The translations under genes and the position numbers were made by a program. A stretch of DNA of 63,044 bases, counting the filler, from Candidatus Fermentibacterota bacterium (GTDB lineage: Bacteria > JAFGKV01): NCBI GenBank assembly GCA_016928395.1. It is 10 parts of 10 records of this genome, joined end to end, with 100 filler letters (N's around TTAATTAATTAA, not from the genome) between each part and the next. Parts side by side here need not be neighbours in the genome. Positions count along the whole stretch, not along the records: positions 1 to 3,821 come from JAFGKV010000243.1; positions 3,922 to 9,451 come from JAFGKV010000244.1; 8 more parts are not named here. The stretch is one strand, 5' to 3'. Shown in pieces: positions 1 to 7,447 of the stretch (its first letter is position 1; every line of letters begins with the position of its first letter). The notes under the pieces were generated by a model. It was not told the DNA's origin. It made no database searches and was given only the letters and a program-made list of their open reading frames with translations.

Positions 1-542
1 GTGTACTTTTGGCAAGCCTGTGTGAATTGCCCGCCAGGGTGTGTTATGCTGGCCGAAGCCGCGCAAAAACGCCAGTTGGCGCCGCGGATGGGGCGCGGGT
101 GACCCGCACCGCTTCCGCCGAGCTCGGGTCAGCGCCGGCCGGGGGGTGCCATCCCGGAGCGATGGCCGCGCGGCTATGAGCCGGCGCCGGTTGGGGAGGT
201 TGGGCGGGGTCGGACTGGGGGAAGGAGCTTCGGTTCCTACGGGCTGGCGATCCAGCAAGGCCTCTCAGCGTTGGGGTGCGCAACGGCTGGCGCGACGGGG
301 AGCGCGGACGCCGATGCGCGTGTCGCCGACGCCGTCGGTAGCTCTGTGCGGCGGCAATGGACTCGGTATGGGCAGCCGCAGGAGGCGTTATCTGGGCGAT
401 GCCTTATCGGCCGACGGAGAGGGCCGGTAGTCCCACTTACGTTTCACGACCCTGTGGCGACGGAGTTATCCGACAGTTCTCCCGGACACCTTCTCGGCCC
501 ATATCTGGGTAATTCAGGGGCTCTGAAGCAGCTCACGGGAAT

Positions 543-577
543 GTAACGACGGTCCCTCTGCGTGGGGCCGCCGTCAC
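543..577 (-). terminator. Imperfect GC-rich hairpin immediately downstream of tnpC
   Basis: GTAACGACGGTCCC-N7-GGGGCCGCCGTCAC, 11/14 Watson-Crick pairs; no clear U-tract. Confidence 0.3.
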
Positions 578-578
578 G

Positions 579-2231
579 TCAGCCACCGCCGGTAGGAGTG
601 GCGGCAGCCAAGGCATCCTTGTAGTTCCAAGGCATCCATGCCGAAGGGTTGGCGTGGACCTCTGCGTAGTGCCGCTGGAGTGCCGTGAGATAGTGGAAGG
701 GGTTCACACCGTTGAGATAACAGGTGTGAATGAGGGTCATGTGGATGTCGCCGACGAGGGCACCGTTGGGAGTCAGATAGAAGAGCGAATTCCTGCGGTG
801 CCGTATCACCATTTTCAGGGCGCGCTCGACGACGTTGTTATCGATTGGCGCCCCGGCTTTATGCAAGAAAAGCGTAAGCGCTTTCCAGTGTCTGAGCATG
901 TATGCTATCGCAGCGCCCAAACTCGAGTTCTTCTCCACTCTCTTCTCTTCGAACTGCACCTCGAGCCATACCTGGAGGCGATCCATGAGGATTCCGCTGC
1001 TATCCTGGTGAAATGCCAGGCGCTCTTCAGGCGACAAGTCCATGTGCTTTGCCACGGCGTCGTTGACATAGACGTCCCGAAAGATCTCGATCACGAAGCT
1101 GCAATCAACAGGGAAGGACTCCACCAGATCGACAAACTGCCTTCTGGCATGGGCACAACAGTTGGCCAGAATGACTGCGAAGTCCTTGGGCGTGTTGCAC
1201 GACGAGGCGTCACACATGTGAATGGGAGCAGCCAAACCCTCCGCGCGTCGCCGCAGCACATCGGCCAGATTCTCTCCGGCGTGCTGCCGGCCGGTGAAGA
1301 AGAGCGCGACCTTGTGTCCCTGGACCATCGAGACAATGCCAGTTGTGAATACCCCCGTTCGGGAAGGAGCGCCTTTGGTATTGCGATCAGCTCTGGCGCT
1401 CTCCAGCATGAGAGCCATGACTTTCATAGGGGTGTCGTCGTTGTGGACAACGTCACCCTGGGCTGCTTGTCGTATGAACTCCTCAAACGCAGACGAGTAC
1501 CGAGCGGCCGCACGATCCACGAGCTCCCACTGGGTTGCCGCGGGTACGGGGACTCCGAGGCTGGCTTGTAGTTTTTCGAGTCGATTGAACGGGAATCCGT
1601 TCCCGTACTTCAGGACTCCGACTACCGTTGCCGCCGTGGCGTCATACTTGTCAGGCCCTGCATCCGCCGGCGTGTCGGCGGTGAATACAGTACCGCACAA
1701 GCCGCAGCGCAGCTTCTCGAGCTCATAGACGGTCGCCTTCAAGGGCGGCTGGCCAACCACTCGAACTACGGTCCCTGGTTGCTGAGACTGATACACAGTA
1801 CCCTGTGCGCATTCCGGGCATGAATTCCCCGCTTTGAGGTTCTCAAGGGTAACCCGGACTCTAGCAGCGCCGGTGTACGCAGCGGCCCCGTTACGGCCAT
1901 GGCCCTTGCGTTTCGTCTTCGGTACCGTCGGCCTCTCGGTTTGCACCTGAGTGTCGTCGACAGATGTGGGCTCCGCGGGGGCGGGAGTCTCCGTTGTCTT
2001 GAGCACGTTCTTCGTCTTCTCGGTAGAGGGGCCGAAGATCATCTTCAGAAGGCGCTGGATCGAGTGGCTTTTCTCCTGGTAGGCATGAGCCAACTGGGCA
2101 TGCGTGTCCAGAAAAAGGCGAAGGATCTCATAGTCACCCTCGACGAGTGATCGGTTTTCCAGCCGAACACACAGGGCGGCAAACTCCTCAGGACTGAGGT
2201 CTTTGTTTCGTAGAACCGCGATGCTTGTCAA
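579..2231 (-). CDS. tnpC: IS66 family DDE transposase TnpC
   Basis: FGPSTEK, Zn-finger CPEC...CGLC, HNDDTP, CCAHARRQF, PIDNNVVERALK. Likely TTG start at 2231 with GGAGG RBS, overlapping the upstream stop codon. Confidence 0.92.
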   Translation of the reverse strand: MTSIAVLRNKDLSPEEFAALCVRLENRSLVEGDYEILRLFLDTHAQLAHAYQEKSHSIQRLLKMIFGPSTEKTKNVLKTTETPAPAEPTSVDDTQVQTERPTVPKTKRKGHGRNGAAAYTGAARVRVTLENLKAGNSCPECAQGTVYQSQQPGTVVRVVGQPPLKATVYELEKLRCGLCGTVFTADTPADAGPDKYDATAATVVGVLKYGNGFPFNRLEKLQASLGVPVPAATQWELVDRAAARYSSAFEEFIRQAAQGDVVHNDDTPMKVMALMLESARADRNTKGAPSRTGVFTTGIVSMVQGHKVALFFTGRQHAGENLADVLRRRAEGLAAPIHMCDASSCNTPKDFAVILANCCAHARRQFVDLVESFPVDCSFVIEIFRDVYVNDAVAKHMDLSPEERLAFHQDSSGILMDRLQVWLEVQFEEKRVEKNSSLGAAIAYMLRHWKALTLFLHKAGAPIDNNVVERALKMVIRHRRNSLFYLTPNGALVGDIHMTLIHTCYLNGVNPFHYLTALQRHYAEVHANPSAWMPWNYKDALAAATPTGGG

Positions 2232-3112
2232 TTCACGCCTCCCGAGAGCACCTTCCGGAACCGGCGAGTGAGGGGGTACCCAAGGATGAGCTTGATCGGC
2301 ACTCGCTTCTCGTAGGTCGGTGCGTTGTTTCCCCGGCCCGACGTCTCGCCCAGGACGAGCCAGTTGGCGGCGCGGTAGCACGTCCCCCTATACCGCGCCG
2401 GATCCGTGAAGGTCTCAAGGTAATACACCGGATGCCCGTACACCTGCTCCCAGTCCCGGGGCAACATGCTGGCCATGCACCCAAGGATGTGGGAAGCCAG
2501 ATAGCGAACGGAGACCCATGGCAATATGAGAAACCGCGTATTATAGGCGATGAACCGAATGTTCCTCCGCCGGGCTTCCGGGGACCAGCCGATGAACCGA
2601 TCGCGAATCCCCAAATGGCGTGGTGCCGAGGACCACGCCATGCAGGCAAGGGGCCGATCCTGCGAGTATATGATGTATTTCAGGTGCTCTCCCACGGGTT
2701 GCACATAACGAAGGTAGTGGAAGCACTCGATGAGGCTGCCGAAGAGGCCCTCGTCAGAGGTCCGTCGTACCTGACGAAAGTCGAGTGGTTTCACCGAAGC
2801 CAGATTCCCCTCGATGGGGGTCTGGTCGATGAGGACGTGCGGAGAAGGCCGCTTGCGGTGAGCTAGCGGGTTAGGGTTGCGTCGCCGTATTGGAGGCAGC
2901 TCGATGAATCCTTTGCGATGGAGGGCGAGCATGTACCCTCGGCAGACCATGTCACGAAGGACCCCGTTGGGCTGCCGCCAGTCCCATGCCTCGCAGAGGA
3001 GTTTCGAGAGGGCCCGCCGGCTGGCGGTGGGGCTTCGGGCTATGAGTCCCTTGATGAACTCGACGTCTTCACGCGTGACCGCTTTGCCGCGATATCTCAG
3101 GAGCTCTTCCAT
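2228..3112 (-). CDS. DUF4338 (Druantia DruA-like) domain protein
   Basis: SRRALSKLLCEAWDW, RDRFIGWS, NTRFLILPWV, LASHIL, LETFTDPARYRGTCYRAANW are characteristic DUF4338 motifs. Confidence 0.85.
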   Translation of the reverse strand: MEELLRYRGKAVTREDVEFIKGLIARSPTASRRALSKLLCEAWDWRQPNGVLRDMVCRGYMLALHRKGFIELPPIRRRNPNPLAHRKRPSPHVLIDQTPIEGNLASVKPLDFRQVRRTSDEGLFGSLIECFHYLRYVQPVGEHLKYIIYSQDRPLACMAWSSAPRHLGIRDRFIGWSPEARRRNIRFIAYNTRFLILPWVSVRYLASHILGCMASMLPRDWEQVYGHPVYYLETFTDPARYRGTCYRAANWLVLGETSGRGNNAPTYEKRVPIKLILGYPLTRRFRKVLSGGVN

Positions 3113-3184
3113 AGAGGAAGAGAGATAGCATAGGTGGTCTCGGAACGCAAGAGAAAACCAAGCAGTTAATCAGAATTAATTCGG

Positions 3185-3547
3185 TCAACCCGTTGCCGCC
3201 ACGCTCCGCCATGCGGGCGCTACGTCTGCGTGCTCGGGGTTGCCGTTCCACAGGAGCACCTGGAGCTGGTGAGCCTCAAGCGGCGAAGCCCGTTCGCCGG
3301 GGCTTTGGGGCCACCAGCGGAATCGTCCCGTTGAGAGCCGCTTGAGCATGAGCCAGAACCCCTGCCCGTCGTAACACAACAATTTCACGGACGTCTTCCG
3401 TCGGTTGCGGAATACAAAAATCGCCCCGGACATTGGGTCGGACTGCAGCTCATCCCGGCAGACTCGTGCAAGACCGTCGATGCCGCAGCGGAAATCTGCA
3501 GGCTGAATGGAAAGAAGAATCCTCATCTGAGCGGTTACTTGAATCAT
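3185..3547 (-). CDS. tnpB: IS66 accessory protein TnpB
   Basis: PADFRCGIDGL, FVFRNRR, KLLCYDGQGFWLMLKRL; ATG at 3547 overlaps the tnpA stop (ATGA). Confidence 0.92.
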   Translation of the reverse strand: MIQVTAQMRILLSIQPADFRCGIDGLARVCRDELQSDPMSGAIFVFRNRRKTSVKLLCYDGQGFWLMLKRLSTGRFRWWPQSPGERASPLEAHQLQVLLWNGNPEHADVAPAWRSVAATG

Positions 3548-3821
3548 CGCTCGGCACTCACGAAGGCCGTCGTCAGCGCGACCAGATCGGCATCCACCGT
3601 GCCCTGAAGGGAGATGCGCATTCTGACTCCTGACGGGCTCTCCAGCTCCACGATGCACGGAGAAGAAAAGACCGGCGGTGCCGTACGGACCTCAACGAAC
3701 TTAGGTCGCCTACTCGAAGAGCGCCGGCGGCCAACAGTTCCCCCGCTTGTCCGCCCCTTCAAGCGTTCGTAATTCACCCCGAGCGCCTTCGAGACACAGT
3801 GGACCCCGAAGTCATGCGCCA
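3544..3821 (-). CDS. tnpA: IS66 accessory protein TnpA-like, 5' truncated
   Basis: GVHCVSKALGVNYERLK (HTH-like), FVEV, CIVELESPSGVRMRI; frame is open to the contig end. Confidence 0.75.
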
Positions 3822-3921
3822 NNNNNNNNNNNNNNNNNNNNNNNNNNNNNNNNNNNNNNNNNNNNTTAATTAATTAANNNNNNNNNNNNNNNNNNNNNNN
3901 NNNNNNNNNNNNNNNNNNNNN
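3822..3921. other. Artificial contig linker (first of nine)
   Basis: N-run/TTAATTAATTAA/N-run with stops in all six frames; identical 100-nt copies start at 9452, 12788, 16553, 22210, 38262, 47269, 49972 and 56227. Confidence 0.99.
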
Positions 3922-4106
3922 CGCTCGCAGGCGACAGGGTTCAGGGATCGGGGTTCAGGCTGGCCTCCTTGCTTCTTTACCTCTTTGCTTCTTCACCATT
4001 GCTCCCAGTTTGCGCCCTTTGCGGCTTTGCGTGAGATCTTGCCCCCCTTTGAGCCCTTAGAGTCTTTGAGGTGAAATGTATGCCCTTGCTTCCTTTGCGT
4101 TCTTTG

Positions 4107-4133
4107 CCTGCCTGTGCGTCGCACGCAGACAGG
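4107..4133. repeat. Mini palindromic element CCTGCCTGTGCGTCGCACGCAGACAGG
   Basis: Imperfect palindrome; relatives at 17084-17140 (nested), 19213-19231 and 56197-56226. Confidence 0.75.
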
Positions 4134-4198
4134 CGTCTTGGCGTGAGACCCTTCATGCTCTTCATGGTGAACTTCGCTTCGTTCCGCCTTCCGCGCTC

Positions 4199-4684
4199 CT
4201 ATCTCCTTACTCCTTCACCCTCGCTTTGCTCGCCAGTAGGTAGGTTTTCCAGATCGTCCAGGTCCTTGTGACGACCGCTGGCAGCTTTGTTGGTTCTCAG
4301 ATGTCTCAGGCTGATAACGTTCACCCTCTCCCCGTCGATCTCATCGACGACGCGTTCGGCAAAGCACTGGGCGAAATCCACGCCGGAGATCGAGGTCAGC
4401 AACTCGACCCGTACGGGAGGAACGCCCATCCTGATCACGCGATTCTCCTGCAGGAACAGCTCACGAGTCAATTCCGGCACACCGAATCCGAAGGCCGAGA
4501 GGGTCTCGACGAGCTTCTGGGCGTTGCCCGGATTGACCGCAACCCAGAGATCCATGTCGGCAGTGGCACGTGGATAGCCATGATATGCAACGGCGTATCC
4601 CCCAATGAGGAGATACTCAACTCTGTGCGAGTCGAGTAACCGTAAGAGTTCTTTGAAGTCTGGTGGAAGCTGGATCGTAGCCAT
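4199..4684 (-). CDS. Nucleotidyltransferase (DUF6036/MNT-like)
   Basis: YLLIGGYAVAYHGYPRATADMDLW (GG...DxD) and NKAASGRHKDLDD. Confidence 0.85.
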   Translation of the reverse strand: MATIQLPPDFKELLRLLDSHRVEYLLIGGYAVAYHGYPRATADMDLWVAVNPGNAQKLVETLSAFGFGVPELTRELFLQENRVIRMGVPPVRVELLTSISGVDFAQCFAERVVDEIDGERVNVISLRHLRTNKAASGRHKDLDDLENLPTGEQSEGEGVRR

Positions 4685-4805
4685 AAACGATCTGCCGCAT
4701 CAGTTCGAGTGCCCTGAGCCGGTCGGCCGGGCTTCGGGATAGCCAGAAGGCGATATCGTGCCCCTCTTCCGAAAGCGGAACGACATCGAACGATTGCTTG
4801 TCCAT
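4617..4805 (-). CDS. Small hypothetical partner of the nucleotidyltransferase
   Basis: DIAFWLSRSPADRLRALELMRQIVYGYDP; overlaps the downstream gene by 68 nt. Confidence 0.65.
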   Translation of the reverse strand: MDKQSFDVVPLSEEGHDIAFWLSRSPADRLRALELMRQIVYGYDPASTRLQRTLTVTRLAQS

Positions 4806-5394
4806 CCGGGTGGTAGCCACAGCGCCCACGCGTCACCTCTGCGAGTTGGGAGCACGGATGCCACGATGCGAGCGACTCCCGCATTCGGGGGCACTTTCAG
4901 GCAAGTGCTTGATGCTTTCACCACATTGAATAGAAAGGGCACCGAGCCCATCCGGTCAAGCCCCTCGCGGCTCGCTTCGCTCGCAGGCGACAGGGTTCAG
5001 GGTGGCTTGGCCTGGGGTACTGGAATGGTGGAATGGTGGAAGACTGGAATGATGCAGGAGCATCCACCTCCATCCCGTGCTAGCCCATCCACCCGTTCCG
5101 CTAGCGTTTCGGATTTCGGGCTTGGCCCCGCACCTGCGGATGCTGGCGTGGTCCAGCACCACTGGATGCTGGCGGTTCGTACTTCGGTCTTTCGGCGGCA
5201 TCCGCCGTGGCTCTGCCGCCCAATCTCCTCACTCCTCACTCAGCCTCGCTTCGCTCGCAGTTGTCAGTCATCAGTTCTCAGTTCTCAGTTCAAGCCGATC
5301 CGCCGCCCGGTTTTCCTCTTAACCTCTTTTCTTCTTCACCCCTTCACCCCTTCACTTCTTCACCCCTTCACCCTTGCCCGGCGTGGGCAATATG

Positions 5395-5416
5395 ACTACA
5401 TTGCAGGAGTTGTAGT
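5395..5416 (+). promoter_or_regulatory. Putative TA operator (ACTACA-N10-TGTAGT)
   Basis: Inverted repeat ~30 nt upstream of the antitoxin start. Confidence 0.45.
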
Positions 5417-5443
5417 TGCATCGTTGAGTCGGGAGGTGCCGAG

Positions 5444-5722
5444 GTGCCAAGCGTCGGAATCAGGGAGCTCAAGATCAATCTCAGTCGATACGTCGAATCT
5501 GTATCGCAAGGCGATGAAGTATTGATCACAAAGCACGGAAGGGTTGTGGCACGACTCGTCTCGGTTCAGAAGAGGAGCCCCAGGCTGAAGGATGAGCTGG
5601 CCACGCTCGCGGCAGAGGGTCTCATCCGGCTCCCGGCGGAGAGGCCCGGCAAACGTCAGCGTCGACTTCTGAGGATCATGGGTCTTCCCATGTCTGAAAT
5701 GGTGATAGAGGATCGGCGGTGA
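5444..5722 (+). CDS. Phd/YefM family antitoxin
   Basis: VGIRELKINLSRYVESVSQGDEVLITKHGRVVARLV; GGAGG RBS; 4-nt overlap with the toxin gene. Confidence 0.9.
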   Translation: MPSVGIRELKINLSRYVESVSQGDEVLITKHGRVVARLVSVQKRSPRLKDELATLAAEGLIRLPAERPGKRQRRLLRIMGLPMSEMVIEDRR

Positions 5723-6153
5723 TCCTGTACTGCGATACCAGTGCTCTCGTAAAGCTGTACTTCCATGAGAGTCATTCGGAAGAGGTCATTGCACAACGGG
5801 GAGAGGCCGAAGCCCTGGCCATCTCGTCAGTCGGTTTTGCTGAGTTCTTCGCGGCGCTGAATCGGAAGCAGAGGGAAGGCGGTCTGGAGGCGAGAGTCCA
5901 CCAACTCGCGGCGGCGCGCTTCAGGGAGGAATGGCTGAGCCTCGTACGGGTGGAGATCACCGAGGAGTTAAACGAGACGATCATGCGTCTGCTGGCCGCT
6001 TATCCTTTGAGAGGGTTCGACGCGATCCATCTCGCGTCCGCGCTCATCCTACGCGAACGGCTCAAGACGGCGGAGATTCGGTTCGCATCCTTTGACGAGC
6101 GACAACGGCGCGCCGCGGAGCAAGAATCCTTGACCGTGGTTCCGCGCCTCTGA
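5719..6153 (+). CDS. vapC: VapC family PIN-domain toxin
   Basis: YCDTSALVKLY, LRGFDAIHLASA, FASFDER. Confidence 0.9.
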   Translation: MILYCDTSALVKLYFHESHSEEVIAQRGEAEALAISSVGFAEFFAALNRKQREGGLEARVHQLAAARFREEWLSLVRVEITEELNETIMRLLAAYPLRGFDAIHLASALILRERLKTAEIRFASFDERQRRAAEQESLTVVPRL

Positions 6154-6439
6154 AGGGAGGGAACGCCCTAACTCCCGCTCCTGGCCTCGCGCGGAGAGTG
6201 CCGTTCACCGCTCACAGTTGACAGTCGATCGCGGCTGGAAGCTCTCCTCCCCGTCTTGGATTTTCACGTGAGTTAGGACGTTATCCCACACCGTGAGCCA
6301 GGCGGCGGCGCCACGTGGCAAGGTGGGACTCACGTCCGCGCTTGGTGCTCCGGATTCCCCGCGCAGTGGGCCGAACTGCCGACTGGCTCCCCCCCGACTT
6401 CTTCACTTCTTCACCCCTTTACCTCTTCACCCTTTCATC

Positions 6440-6471
6440 CCCTTCATGCCCTTCATGCTCTTCATGGTGAA
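6440..6471. repeat. Dispersed 9-mer-period repeat CCCTTCATG(CCCTTCATG)YTCTTCATGGTGAA
   Basis: Near-identical copies at 4149-4171, 6440-6471 and 7342-7373. Confidence 0.8.
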
Positions 6472-6710
6472 GATCCATCTCCGCGTTCCCCCCTCCGCGC
6501 TCCGCATTCCGCACTCCTATCTCACATTTCCCTTGCTTCCTTTGCGTGAGACCCTCGCTTCCTCCTCTCCTCGAGATTCTGCTTGCGCGGCCCCCCTTTC
6601 GGTGTATTATACCGGCAGTTCGTACGCTTCTTGCGCTAGTAGTGTTTGCGATCTGATGTGGGATTTCTCCCGGTCCCACAAAGGTTTCCTCGGGGAGGAG
6701 GGTTCATCCC

Positions 6711-6956
6711 ATGAAGTATGAAAAGCCTATCGTTCGAGATCTGACCGGCCGTTCCGCGGCAGGCGGACCGCCTGTAATTCTGGGGTGCGGATATGGAAAT
6801 CTGGTTGACAACAACTGCAATCCTGGACAGACACTTAGCCAACCGGGATTGTGTCTGGCGGGCACAGAAGGCCCGGAGGATTACCAGGCTGGTAACTGCG
6901 CTCCTGGGACCCTCGCTTCTCCTGATTGCCTTACTGGTTCCGCTGCAGCCCCATAA
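6711..6956 (+). CDS. Putative RiPP precursor with five CxxG motifs (orphan paralog of 11039-11293)
   Basis: GGAGGAGG RBS; leader KYEKPIVRDLTG; CGYG, CNPG, CLAG, CAPG, CLTG. Confidence 0.8.
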   Translation: MKYEKPIVRDLTGRSAAGGPPVILGCGYGNLVDNNCNPGQTLSQPGLCLAGTEGPEDYQAGNCAPGTLASPDCLTGSAAAP

Positions 6957-6961
6957 TCGTC

Positions 6962-7133
6962 GTAGGTTGGGTTAGCCTGCGTAACCCAACAGCCCTCTGA
7001 CCTGCAAATAGCTCAACAGCCCGCAGGGCGAGTCAGCGTACTCGCCCTGCGGGCTTGTCATTCTGGGTGGCGGCTACAGCAGTTGCTGAGTGAGAAGTAC
7101 CCGTAGGTTGGGTTAGGGCAGCGTAACCCAACA
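6962..7133 (+). repeat. Two GTAG-type REP elements (6962-6991, 7103-7133)
   Basis: GTAGGTTGGGTTAG-x-GCGTAACCCAACA palindromes; a reverse copy lies at 9603-9632 and a partial copy near 9968. Confidence 0.85.
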
Positions 7134-7447
7134 TTTCGCTGTCATCGACCACCGCGGAGCGGTCGCTGTTCGTCCCCGCGCGGAGCATGGGGACGAGCCT
7201 TGTCTCGGGCAAGGTCGGAGCCTTGCCTCTACACAGTCTCCACCCACGCCTCCCTCGCTTTCGATATCGCCGTCGCCCCCTGAACGCCATCCCCGAGCCA
7301 CGCCTGCCCCGGCGGCGGTGATGCGGCGCCCATTCTGTTCTCCCTTCATGCCCTTCATGTTCTTCATGGTGAAATCTGTACCCAGGGGTGCACAACCTGG
7401 CCCCACCCCATCTCCTTACTCCTTACTCCTATCTCCTCACTCTCTCT

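Larger units (their letters stand above)
543..3821 (-). mobile_element. IS66-family insertion sequence (tnpA-tnpB-DUF4338-tnpC); left end cut off by contig end
   Basis: Three IS66 genes in canonical order on the minus strand plus one extra gene. GTAA at 543 is only a candidate right end, so boundaries are uncertain. Confidence 0.8.

Noticed and set aside
1-542. ORFs at 41-430, 44-283 and 271-546, and a second IS end at CTTAC (436-440)
   Set aside because: No recognisable protein features, and no partner inverted repeat is available to confirm an element end.
2228-3112. Complete Druantia defence system
   Set aside because: No DruE helicase or other Dru genes; the gene lies inside an IS66.
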